Assembly: GCA_045046875.1 (NCBI GenBank)
Contig: JASFYY010000008.1
Coordinates: forward strand, 10,701 to 74,700
Reading direction: 5' to 3'
Origin: Verrucomicrobiota bacterium
GTDB lineage: Bacteria; Verrucomicrobiota; Verrucomicrobiia; Verrucomicrobiales; DEV007
DNA length: 64,000 nucleotides
The position numbers were made by a program, and so were the translations under genes. Of the stretch, positions 28,572 through 38,900 are shown in pieces; position 1 is the first letter of the stretch, and every line of letters begins with the position of its first letter. The notes under the pieces are model-generated. The model saw nothing but the letters and a program-made list of their open reading frames with translations, was not told where the DNA came from and did no database searches.

Positions 28572-30005
28572 ATGAAAAAAATCCCCCCCTTCTCAAAAAT
28601 CATCCTCCCCCTGTTAGTTTTATGGTTCACCTCGATCAGCACGCTCACTCGAGCCGATGAGCGCCCTTTTTATATCGAAGGATACGCCGGTGACATCAGT
28701 GTCGTAGCAGGTGATGAAATCGGCTTCCATGTTTCATCCAGCACCCCTAAATTTGCAGTAGAAATCACCCGCCTGGGAGCCAAACCCCAAGTGGTATGGA
28801 ATAAAAAAAATCTGCCAGGCCAGCTGCATCCGGTGCCAGAAGATGCCTCCGCCAATGGTTGTCACTGGCCGGAAACTTTCCGCGTGCCCATTGATCCCAA
28901 ATGGAAAAGCGGATATTACAGAGTCCAATTCAGCATCTCCGACCGGGGAGGGAAATGGACACAGCGCAGCAGCCGCAGCGCCAGCTCGGAAGCTTTTTTC
29001 ATCGTCCGCTCCGCCAATCCCGGCAAAAATACTAAAATCCTCCTCCAGCTCTGCACCAATACTTACAACGCATACAATAACTGGGGAGGCTTCAGCGTTT
29101 ATGCCTACAGCGGACTTTCCAAAAACCAGGGGCACAAAGTTTCCTTCGAGCGACCTGTCAGAACCCAGTTTTCCCGTTGGGAACTTCCTTTTGTCATCTG
29201 GTGTGAAAACAATGGTTACGAACTGGACTACGCCGCCAACGGAGACCTCGAATCCCGGCCGGAGCTTCTCGAAAACTACAATCTGGTTCTCAGCGTCGGC
29301 CACGATGAATACTGGTCCACCCCAATGCGAGATAACCTCGAAGCTTGGATCGCCAAAGGTGGCAACGTCGCTTTTTTCAGCGGCAACTCTGTCTGCTGGC
29401 AGACCCGCACCGAAGACGGCGGCAAGTCCTTCACCTGTTATAAAAACAACTACCATGGCGACCCTGTTTTCCAGACCCGTGATTTCAAATTACTCACCAC
29501 AGCGTGGAGCCACCATCTGCTCAAACGCCCGGAAAACGAGCTGACCGGTGTCGGTTTCATCTATGGAGGATACCGTGGCAGCCATGGTCAATTCATAGGC
29601 GAAAAAGCAGCCTACAAAGTGCATCGACCCGAACACTGGGTTTTCAAAGGCACCGAGCTGAAACGTGATGAGGAATTCGGCGGCAAAGACACCATCGTTG
29701 GATACGAAGCCGACGGCTGTGAGCTAACCTGGAAAGACGGCCTGCCCATTCCCACCTACAAAGACGGCACCCCGAAATCTTTTCAAATCCTGGCATCCTG
29801 CCCGGTCAAATGGCATCCCGATGACGTCGAATGGTATGAGCGCTGGGAAATCGACCACACTGGCAACGCCTGCATGGGCATTTACACCCAAGGCGGAACC
29901 GTCTTCACCGCCGCCACCACCGACTGGGCTCACGGCCTGAAAGGAAAAGACAAAAAGGTCGAACAAATCACCCGCAATGTATTGGATCGTTTGTCGAAAA
30001 AATAA
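28572..30005 (+). CDS. N,N-dimethylformamidase beta-subunit-family (DUF6605-like) exported protein
   Basis: WKSGYY, NTYNAYNNWGG, VSFERP, SVGHDEYWS, GGNVAFFSGNSVCWQ, VGYEADG, GTVFTAATTDW. Confidence 0.82.
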   Translation: MKKIPPFSKIILPLLVLWFTSISTLTRADERPFYIEGYAGDISVVAGDEIGFHVSSSTPKFAVEITRLGAKPQVVWNKKNLPGQLHPVPEDASANGCHWPETFRVPIDPKWKSGYYRVQFSISDRGGKWTQRSSRSASSEAFFIVRSANPGKNTKILLQLCTNTYNAYNNWGGFSVYAYSGLSKNQGHKVSFERPVRTQFSRWELPFVIWCENNGYELDYAANGDLESRPELLENYNLVLSVGHDEYWSTPMRDNLEAWIAKGGNVAFFSGNSVCWQTRTEDGGKSFTCYKNNYHGDPVFQTRDFKLLTTAWSHHLLKRPENELTGVGFIYGGYRGSHGQFIGEKAAYKVHRPEHWVFKGTELKRDEEFGGKDTIVGYEADGCELTWKDGLPIPTYKDGTPKSFQILASCPVKWHPDDVEWYERWEIDHTGNACMGIYTQGGTVFTAATTDWAHGLKGKDKKVEQITRNVLDRLSKK

Positions 30006-30117
30006 GACCTGCACTTTAGATGTCCGGCCGGACACAACAAGTGCACGTTTGATTAGCTGACCTACCGTTTATTATAAAAAATTATGGCCTTCGGCGCGAG
30101 CCTTCTCGGTATCAGCT

Positions 30118-31950
30118 TCAATCCATCTTTTCCAATATCAGCGAATGCAGATCGATGCTGCTTTCCCCGGTTGGCTTGACCAACTCAATCATCGTTTTGG
30201 TTTCCCCCGCCTTCAACTCGATCTCGCCCAGTTCCTCAACCACAAAGGTCTGAACAAAACGCGGTTTTTTGATCCGTGTAGGACGCTGAACCGGGTTGGG
30301 AGTGTGAGCCGTCTTGATTTTCCCGGTGACAGAAACCCCGCCAGCGCTCACCTTCAACTGACTGCCCACCATGTCCTGCGCGCAGGCGTAGCGTAAGCTC
30401 ACCCGATATCGCCCGTCGGTCACCACCTTGGTTTGCCACCAGATTTTCTGCCCGGATTTTTTCCAGTCCGTGATCCAGTCATGGGCAAATCCCCATTTAT
30501 TATACCAACGCAAATCCTCGCTTTTAAAAGCTTCCGCAACCGTCAACTTGGTCTCCGGCCACTGCACATGCCCCACATCGATCACCGGTCGCACAATGGG
30601 CACCTTCCTCGCATCGACAAACCAATCATCATAAGCCTTGGATAAATCCCCTGTCACTTCAGGGTGCAAAGATGCCACATCCTTCTTCTGACCCGGATCT
30701 GCTTGCATATCAAAAAGTTGCCAGCTTTCGCCTTCGTTCACCGCCCGCCAACGCTGCGTGCGCACCGCGCCCGGATAGGGCATATCAATACTGGCCACCA
30801 CCGGTTCCTTCACTCCTTTGAGTGCCCACCAGCGAATCGCCCTAGAATACACCTTGCGCTCAATCGGCCCATCCGCCTGCTGCCCCAACAACAGTGGGGC
30901 CAAGCTATGCCCATCCAACGGTTTGGTTTTAGCCTTTTTTAAATCCAAACCACACAGCTCGACAATCGTCGGCAACATGTCGAGATGAGCGGCCAGTTGC
31001 TCGACATTACGATTCGCCGCAATCTTTCCCGGCCAACGCACAAAACACGGCACCCGCATTCCGCCTTCGTGAACCGATCCTTTCATGCCGCGCATGCCTG
31101 CATTAAAACGACTGCCCTGCGCACCTTCCGCTCCGTTATCTGACATATAAATGACAATCGTATCGTCAGCGATTTGCAAATCATCCAGCAGCTTGAACAC
31201 ACGTCCCAGATTCTCGTCAATGTTCTGCACCATGCCGTAAATTCCGGCAACCTTATTATCATCTATCCCGCGCGCCTTGTATTTGTCGAAATATTTATCC
31301 GCCACCTGTATCGGCGTATGCGGAGCGTTGAAAGGCAGGTAACAAAAAAAAGGCTGCTCACGGTTTTTCTCAATAAACTTCATCGCCGCATCGGTCAACA
31401 CATCGGAAATGTAACCCTTGGTCTGCACCATCTTGCCATTGTGCTCCAATTCCGGATCAAAGTAGTTATCCCAATGCCCCTGCGGCATGCCCAAAAATTC
31501 ATCAAAACCCTGCCCGCGCGGATGACTGGGAAAATACTCGCCAATGTGCCACTTGCCAAACATCCCGGTCGCATAACCCGCCTGCTTGAGAACTTCCGGG
31601 ATCATCACTTCCTCCGGTCGCACCGTCTCCATCCCCCGGGTGACCGAACCACAACCCGTGCGCAAATTATAACGCCCGGTCATCAAACTCGCGCGGGTCA
31701 TCGAACATAAGGGTGATACCATGAAGTGCTCAAAACGCGTCGATTCTTTTGCCAACTGATCCAACACCGGAGTGTCGATCAAGTCATTACCGTGAAAACG
31801 CAGGTCGCCATAACCCTGGTCATCTGTCACGATCAACAGAACATTGGGCCGCTCTTTTGCGTTGGCCTCAGCACTGACAAAACAATGGCAAAGCAACAAC
31901 CCTATTACCAATCGGGTGAAATTAAAATTCTTCATATTTTTCATCATCAT
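30118..31950 (-). CDS. Arylsulfatase (S1 family) with non-canonical CSMTR motif
   Basis: PNVLLIVTDDQGYGD, CSMTRASLMTGR, FGKWHIG, NAPHTP, SDNG, KGSVHEGG. Confidence 0.92.
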   Translation of the reverse strand: MMMKNMKNFNFTRLVIGLLLCHCFVSAEANAKERPNVLLIVTDDQGYGDLRFHGNDLIDTPVLDQLAKESTRFEHFMVSPLCSMTRASLMTGRYNLRTGCGSVTRGMETVRPEEVMIPEVLKQAGYATGMFGKWHIGEYFPSHPRGQGFDEFLGMPQGHWDNYFDPELEHNGKMVQTKGYISDVLTDAAMKFIEKNREQPFFCYLPFNAPHTPIQVADKYFDKYKARGIDDNKVAGIYGMVQNIDENLGRVFKLLDDLQIADDTIVIYMSDNGAEGAQGSRFNAGMRGMKGSVHEGGMRVPCFVRWPGKIAANRNVEQLAAHLDMLPTIVELCGLDLKKAKTKPLDGHSLAPLLLGQQADGPIERKVYSRAIRWWALKGVKEPVVASIDMPYPGAVRTQRWRAVNEGESWQLFDMQADPGQKKDVASLHPEVTGDLSKAYDDWFVDARKVPIVRPVIDVGHVQWPETKLTVAEAFKSEDLRWYNKWGFAHDWITDWKKSGQKIWWQTKVVTDGRYRVSLRYACAQDMVGSQLKVSAGGVSVTGKIKTAHTPNPVQRPTRIKKPRFVQTFVVEELGEIELKAGETKTMIELVKPTGESSIDLHSLILEKMD

Positions 31951-31956
31951 AATTTT

Positions 31957-33786
31957 TTATTTTTCGATATAACGAATACGCGCTTCCTTCAACACAAACG
32001 CTTCTTCACCAGGAATTTCAAGCGCCCGCACCCGCAACTTCGTCAACCCTTTCTCCAAGCTCACTTTTCCAAAACCCAAAGGCGCATAAGTTCGGAACCA
32101 CACCGGGCCACTTGTCGCAAGCCGGTTATGATCCAGTTCCGCAGCCGTGGCAGGCTGGGGGTCATACGCCTTCACCACCTTTCGCCTCAATTGCTGCCCA
32201 GCCGCTTCAACCTCAATCTCAGCACCCGTATAACGCTCGGGACAGCTATACATCAAAGTGATTTCGTAACTGCCCGCGCGCAGGACATCCAGATCCCACT
32301 CCACCGTCGCTTGGGTATTTTTCCAATCAATTACCACATCGTGTGCCCAACCAAATCTCCCCCGAAATTTCAGACCTCCCTGCAACTTGGCATCTTCCGC
32401 CTGCAAAGCGACCTCGTCAGTTCCCTCAAACCCCACCGGAGCCGGTGGCGCCGATGTGCCGGCAGCGGTCACCTCACGGTACCAATCCTCATAAGCTTTG
32501 CCCAATCGAGCACTCAGTTCCGGATGCTCAGAAATCACATTTTTTTCCTGCCCGGGATCATTGATCATATCATAGAGCTCATATTTTTTTCCATGATTAA
32601 CCAACCTGAAACCCTGCGTACGCACTCCTCCAGGGAAGATCAAATTATCCCCAAAAACATTCTGATGAGTAAAAATCATTCGCTCCGGCCAGACATCCTG
32701 CCCATCATCACCAGCCCCCATCAGCAGCGGCACCAGACTGCGCCCATCCAGGGGCGATGTTTTGGGCATGGCCACACCCGTCAACTCAAGCAAAGTCGGA
32801 AACAGATCCATATGAGCTGCGATCGGCTTGATCTGCAAACCCGCTTTGATATGCCCCGGCCAACGAATAAACAAAGGAACCCGCACCCCACCTTCATCCA
32901 CCTGCGCCTTCCTCCCCTTCATTCCTCCGTTGTAACGCCAATCCTTCGACTTCTTGGAGGTGGGCATCGACGGCCCGTTATCGCTCAAAAAAACGACGAT
33001 GGTATCATTGCTCAAATTCAAATCATCCAGCTTCTTGAAAATCCGCGCCATATTGTCATCGATATTTTCCACCATGCCGTAAACCGCCGCCACTTTTTCT
33101 GAAAACCCACGCTGCTTGTATTTCTCATAATAAGCAGGCGGCAACTGAAAGGGGTGATGCGGAGCGTTGTAGGGCAAATAACAAAAAAACGGCCGATCTT
33201 TGTTTTTCTCGATAAAGGAAATCGCCTGATCGGTCAGCACATCAGTTATGTAGCCTTTCGTTTCCACCGGCTCTCCATTACGCTCGATTTTGGCATCAAA
33301 ATAATTCTCCCAGGCACCACGGCAAAAACCGAAGAACTCATCAAAACCGCGTTGATTAGGATGGTAAGGGCCATGCTCCCCACTATGCCATTTACCAAAG
33401 GCCCCCGTTGTGTAACCTCCCGCTTTAAAAGCATCGCCCAAGGTCACTTCATTCAAACGCAAAGTCTCCAATCCATGCGACACCCAGGAAACTCCGGTGC
33501 GCAGATCATAACGCCCTGTCAACAAACTGGCACGGGTCGGTCCACACATCGGACTCACATAAAAATGCTCAAAGCGTGCACCCTCGGTAGCCAGACGATC
33601 CATAGTCGGCGTATCAATTTTAGCGTTACCATTAAAACGCATATCCCCCCAACCCTGGTCATCTGTCATGATCAGCAGGACATTCGGCGGCTCTTTTGCG
33701 CTGACATTGGCATTGGCAAGGCAAAAACAGCCCAGCAACAGGATCCCTAAACGAGTAAAATAGAAAACTTTTAAATCTTTCATCAT
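31957..33786 (-). CDS. Arylsulfatase (S1 family)
   Basis: TDDQGWGD, CGPTRASLLTGR, GKWHSG, SDNG; paralog of the adjacent sulfatase. Confidence 0.93.
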   Translation of the reverse strand: MMKDLKVFYFTRLGILLLGCFCLANANVSAKEPPNVLLIMTDDQGWGDMRFNGNAKIDTPTMDRLATEGARFEHFYVSPMCGPTRASLLTGRYDLRTGVSWVSHGLETLRLNEVTLGDAFKAGGYTTGAFGKWHSGEHGPYHPNQRGFDEFFGFCRGAWENYFDAKIERNGEPVETKGYITDVLTDQAISFIEKNKDRPFFCYLPYNAPHHPFQLPPAYYEKYKQRGFSEKVAAVYGMVENIDDNMARIFKKLDDLNLSNDTIVVFLSDNGPSMPTSKKSKDWRYNGGMKGRKAQVDEGGVRVPLFIRWPGHIKAGLQIKPIAAHMDLFPTLLELTGVAMPKTSPLDGRSLVPLLMGAGDDGQDVWPERMIFTHQNVFGDNLIFPGGVRTQGFRLVNHGKKYELYDMINDPGQEKNVISEHPELSARLGKAYEDWYREVTAAGTSAPPAPVGFEGTDEVALQAEDAKLQGGLKFRGRFGWAHDVVIDWKNTQATVEWDLDVLRAGSYEITLMYSCPERYTGAEIEVEAAGQQLRRKVVKAYDPQPATAAELDHNRLATSGPVWFRTYAPLGFGKVSLEKGLTKLRVRALEIPGEEAFVLKEARIRYIEK

Positions 33787-35972
33787 GGTGTTTTTTTATT
33801 TTGAACCGGTTCTCTCAAAACCCAGTTTCCATAATCGGTTCCCAGCCACACGCTGCTGTCGTGGGGACTAACGCTGATCGCCCAGACGGTAAGCCCAGGC
33901 CCCAGATTAGCGCTGATATTCTTCCAACTGTGCCCGGAATCAGTGGAACGAAAAATACCCCGCGCGATACCGCGCCAGCTATGATTTTGCCCCGCATAGA
34001 TCACCTCGGGGCGACGAGGATCAACCGCCACCGTCGAGAAACTGGTCTGGCCAAAAAAGTCTCGCTCAAGACCGTTTTTCTCATCACGCTTCAGCCAGTT
34101 CTTGCCATCGTATATCCAAACCCCCGAGGAAGTGGCCGCGTAGACTCGCGCGGGATTTTTCGGATCAATAGCGATCGCCTTGATCGTATGAGCTAGTTCC
34201 GGTCCCAGAGGCTTCCAGCTTTTGCCTCGATCCATAGACCGCTCAACTTGGGAGCGGCGATTACCCGGTTGGGTCAAAGCATAAATCATATCCCCATCTG
34301 CGGAGAACATCTGACGCAGTGGTTTATCAATCCTCTGCCAGGTTTTTCCTGCATCGTCGCTACGCAAACCCGCGGTTTTTGTTCCCACATAAACCACCTT
34401 GGCGTCCTGCGGATGCCAGGCGAAAAAAAGGTAGTCATCCTCCTTGTCCGAAAGCACTTCCCAGGTATGCCCATCATCATAAGTCAGGCACAAGCGCTGC
34501 CGCACCCATCCGCCTACGGCCGATACCATGGTTTGACTTCCAGTCGTCGGATCATAGGCTCCGCCCGGCATACTCATCGAACCGAGGTCTTTCTGTCTCG
34601 GAGCAGGGACATAGTCCCAAGTGTCACCGCCATCTTTGGTCAGTGACGAACCGTGATCGGTGTGGAAAAAAACCATCTTCTTAGAGTCATCAGGTCGAAA
34701 GGCAATTGCACTCTGACTGCTGAGCCGGGAACCGCTCACTCCGCTACCAAAGAGTTGCCAGGTCTTGCCTCCGTCATTGGTGATACGTGGCGGGTAGAGA
34801 TGAAAAGCCGTCATGGCTTTAGTCGGATGCGGCACCAGACCTTCCGCGAAATAAACCGACGAACCGTAAAAACCGGCCTCCCGCGATTCGACTTTGTGCC
34901 AGTCCAATCCCCCATTATGACTGTAACAGGGCAAAGGCCCGCCCGCCTCAGTGGCTTCGGCGTAAAGCACCTGCGGATTAACCGGACTCATCGCCAATCG
35001 CGACCATTTGCTTTGCAACCAGATCCCCCGGTTGCGCTGCTGCCAACTCTTACCCGCATCGCCACTGCGCCAGATACCCGCCTTGCCAAGAGCCAGATAT
35101 ATGATCTCCGGTTTTCCCTGCTGAACAACCATGCCCTTGACCGGAAGTGCAGGGGTTTCGATCCGAACCCATGTAGCAGCATCGTCCCGACTCAGCCACA
35201 AACCCTGATCAGCGGCGAGCCACAACCAACCTTTCTCCGGGTCACGATTAATCGCGTTACCGATGATACCTTTCGGCCCGACAGGCTTCCATGATTGACC
35301 GCCGTCGCCACTTCGCAGCAGTCCCTGGTCGTGGGTCAGGGCAAAAATAATCCGGCTACCCGCAGTCGTCGCACCCGCAGAGTCGAAGGCAAAATATTCA
35401 TTCTGTGCCTGTCCACGCAGAAAAGCGGCATGATGCAGCAGCCTCCAGGTTTTTCCCAGATCGTCACTGCGATAGATGCCATCAGCCTGTTTGTCATAAT
35501 AACGTTCGTCAGGCGGGAATGAGCGCTCGGTACCAGCGCTTGATCGCAACCCAGCTGCCCAGAGCACCTTTTTGTTACTCGGATCAAATGCTACCGACTG
35601 CACTCCGTTCGAATGAATCCCCGCACGCCGACGCTGCCAGTTTTTCCCGCCATCCTCACTCACATAAGTCGCAGCAGTATCAATGCCCAGCGCCAGGAAA
35701 TTCGGGTCTTGTTTGCAGATCGCCAGGGAAAAGGCCATTTGACCCATCTCGCCTCCCCTCATGCCACGGGCTTTTTGTCCGGCAGTGCGCAGTGGCACCG
35801 GTTCCCACACCACAGGCTCGGCTCCACGAGCGACTGACAAGGTGACTGCCAGCCCACAGAAGCACAGCAATATCCCTACTTTAAAATTTGATCGCACTTG
35901 GATATTATTTCTTATAATGTTAAGATTATTTAATGACTTGTAAAACATTTTCGCCCTATCACTTGATATCAA
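33783..35972 (-). CDS. Secreted BNR/Asp-box repeat beta-propeller protein (sialidase/GH74/VPS10-like); start uncertain
   Basis: More than 10 S/T-x-D-x-G-x-T/S-W boxes, e.g. SEDGGKNW, SDDLGKTW, TKDGGDTW, STDSGHSW. Confidence 0.85.
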   Translation of the reverse strand: MISSDRAKMFYKSLNNLNIIRNNIQVRSNFKVGILLCFCGLAVTLSVARGAEPVVWEPVPLRTAGQKARGMRGGEMGQMAFSLAICKQDPNFLALGIDTAATYVSEDGGKNWQRRRAGIHSNGVQSVAFDPSNKKVLWAAGLRSSAGTERSFPPDERYYDKQADGIYRSDDLGKTWRLLHHAAFLRGQAQNEYFAFDSAGATTAGSRIIFALTHDQGLLRSGDGGQSWKPVGPKGIIGNAINRDPEKGWLWLAADQGLWLSRDDAATWVRIETPALPVKGMVVQQGKPEIIYLALGKAGIWRSGDAGKSWQQRNRGIWLQSKWSRLAMSPVNPQVLYAEATEAGGPLPCYSHNGGLDWHKVESREAGFYGSSVYFAEGLVPHPTKAMTAFHLYPPRITNDGGKTWQLFGSGVSGSRLSSQSAIAFRPDDSKKMVFFHTDHGSSLTKDGGDTWDYVPAPRQKDLGSMSMPGGAYDPTTGSQTMVSAVGGWVRQRLCLTYDDGHTWEVLSDKEDDYLFFAWHPQDAKVVYVGTKTAGLRSDDAGKTWQRIDKPLRQMFSADGDMIYALTQPGNRRSQVERSMDRGKSWKPLGPELAHTIKAIAIDPKNPARVYAATSSGVWIYDGKNWLKRDEKNGLERDFFGQTSFSTVAVDPRRPEVIYAGQNHSWRGIARGIFRSTDSGHSWKNISANLGPGLTVWAISVSPHDSSVWLGTDYGNWVLREPVQNKKTP

Positions 35973-38900
35973 ATTGCAACGGATAGTCGGAAATCAATGT
36001 TGTAACCAACCGGGTGCCGGACTGACCGCCACCAACACGAATGACAAGGCGATTTTTACCTGCTTCCAGGTTCAATGAAGCTTGCTGCAGCCCTTTGAAT
36101 ATACCGGCTTCAAGTGGATTTAATTTCACCTGACGGCCATTATGCCACAGAGCCAGCGGAGCGATACTGGTAAAAATAACCTTCGCTTTTTGTACCCGAT
36201 CAGAAACCAGCGGGGTGAACACAAAAACCTCTCGTTCCAGTTCCGAGCCAAGACTCGCTGAAAGATCGAGCAAATTTTCACGATTGGCAGATAACAAACG
36301 CCAACTGACCTCCGTCGCTTCAGCTCCCTTCACTTTTGCACCGAGATCAATTTCACCCCCTCCCTCGTAAGCTCCCTTTGCGAGTGGCCCAAGCACATAA
36401 TATTGACCGACTTCAGAAACAGGTTGGCGCAAAGTGGTGAGGTATTCCAAAAGGTCCGCCAAATCCTGCTCGCTCAGAGCCGCGACCAAACCTTCGGGCA
36501 TAAGAGACATGGTTTGAGCCTGCTTCTTCTCGATCTCAGACGCCGCGATTTCAATGCGCTGGCCTTGTGCCGTTTTCAACACCACTTGGCGCTTGTTTTC
36601 GCTGACAATCAACCCGCTCAAGATGCGCCCGTCACTCAGGCTCAAAACATCCGAAACATAAGCATAACTGATCGTGCCACTTGGATTGATGATATGATAA
36701 AGCAATTCCCGTTTGCCGTATTTGGTGCCGATGGTGGATAAGTCAGGCCCCACCCAGTTTCCCACTCCCTGAACCCGATGACAAATTCCACAAGCCGTCG
36801 CTCGATTGAACACCTCCTGCCCTCGTTTGGCATCAGCAGGCGCGGTTAATGCCGCGCTGAGAGCTTCCATACTCATGGCTCCTCCCGTTTCGGGCATGGG
36901 CATCTCCTTTTCCGCCTTGCGGCGAATGCCCTTATCCGGGTGACTGTGCAACAAGGCAAGCACTTCTTTGTAAAGATCTTCAGGCAAACGTTCACTGCGC
37001 TGCATGCCAAGAAGAATCTGCGCCCCGGCAGGTGACGCGGATAAAGTCTGAACCGCCCGACGGCGAAAATCCAGCGGATACGTTTGGTCGCCGGTTATGC
37101 TGTCGAGTGAAGGTTTTTGTTTATCCCTCGAAAAACGACTCAAAGCGCTCAGTGCGGCAAAATCAAGTGCTCCGGCACGAGTCTTGCCTTTACACTGATT
37201 AACTAATGTCTCAAGCACAGGTCGCAGCGGTTCAAATTGCAGGCGCCCAAGAGCTTCGATAGCAGCCACCCGCACCGATTCCTGTTCATTATCTGCAGTG
37301 ACTAAAAGAAGCAATTGATCATTGAATCCCGATATTCCACTGCGGGCAATGGCATCGATGGCGCTCACCCGCAGATCCTTAACGGACAAAGCGGTTTCAA
37401 ACATTTTACCTGTCTCTTCAGAGTCACGCGCCGCCGCCCATGATGCATTCAATTTTGTGCCTAGCATATTAAGAATATCACACCGGCGTTGACTGTTGGG
37501 GTTTTCAAAAAAACGTGCAACTAAAAGCTCACCCGCCTCGGGGCTGTCGATCTGATCAAGCGCGAGATCGACACCCCTTAACAATGAGGCTGATTCACCT
37601 TCCTCCAGCATTTCACGTAAAGAGCCCAGAGCTTCAACTCGTCCCAACGCCCAAGCCAGACCGATCAATTTAGAGCCCGCTGTGGCAGGCGGAGAGGGAT
37701 CGTCCACCCTCGGAAAAGCATCATTGGTCGTGACCGGATAATAGGGAGGAAGCGCCGTCGACTGGTAAGCAGCTTGTTTTTTGCTTTTTTGACCAAGCAC
37801 CGATTTCCGCCAACGATCACCCAATCTGTCAAATAAGTCAGTGAGCAGGTGCTTTTGACGATCAATAAAAGCCGCGCGAAGAGCCTCAAGGTAATAACGA
37901 TCTTGCCCATCCCATGCCTCGGCGAGATCCAACAGCGCCGCTGCCGATTTCTCACTCTCCACATGACGCAGGGCGAGGATCAACTCCCGCCGCACTCCCG
38001 CGTCAGGATCTTTTACCAAAGGCAAAATCTGATCCAATACGGCAATCGCAGGCGGTTCTGCGTTGAGAGCACTCTCGGGACCGACCAGCAAAACACGATT
38101 CAGATCTCGCGCCAAAATACTCAATGCCAATTCCCGGATGCGGGCATCATCATCCTTCAAGGCGCTTAGCAAATCAGCTTTGCTGCTTTGGGGTAATGCG
38201 GCTAATACAAACAAAGCGCGAGCCCGTTCGCGGGGACGACCAGAGACAAACAAATCCATCACCTGCTCATGGGCTGCCGCCCCGTGCTCAAGCAATCCTT
38301 TGCGAGCCACCACCCGGGTGGCCACATTCGGAGATTTGAGCGCCTCGATCAAACCGCTCAGCGTTTTAAAATCGTTTCCCTTTACCTCCTTCTTATTCTC
38401 CTTTTCCCGAGCCGGATAAGTGATGCGATAAATACGCCCGGTATCCCGATCAGAAAAACGATTGCCACCCGAAGCGGCGTCATACCAATCGCAAATGAAT
38501 ACCGAACCGTCGGGTGCAACCGCAACATCAGCAGGACGGAACCAACTGTCTTCACCCTGCAAGAGCACACGATAATCTCCACGAAACGCAGCCCCCTTAC
38601 GCTGCAGAGGCATGAAATTCACTTGATGCGTGCCTGCGTCCAACTGCAGCACCGCCCCCCGATATTCGTCAGGAAACAAATCCCCCTCGTAAACCAACAA
38701 ACCCGCAGGAGCCCCGTTTCCTGTGCCAACAATTTTTGGAATGATACCCGGCATCTCTTCCGCCGAATGACGATTCGAACCCGGGGTGCGGTAACCATAA
38801 TTACCGCCGTCCATCAACCAGATCATCCGGCAACCCCTTTGCCCGTCGTCATCGTTGTCGGAAGTGAAAACCTTGCCAAACGAATCCGCAAAAGTACCGT

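Noticed and set aside
30010..30047. Hairpin TGCACTT...TGTCCGGCCGGACA...AAGTGCA between convergent genes
   Set aside because: Plausible terminator-like structure, but it has no U-tract and is single copy; too weak to call
31726..33102. 458-aa ORF on the + strand
   Set aside because: Antisense shadow of two well-supported sulfatases; no motifs and atypical composition
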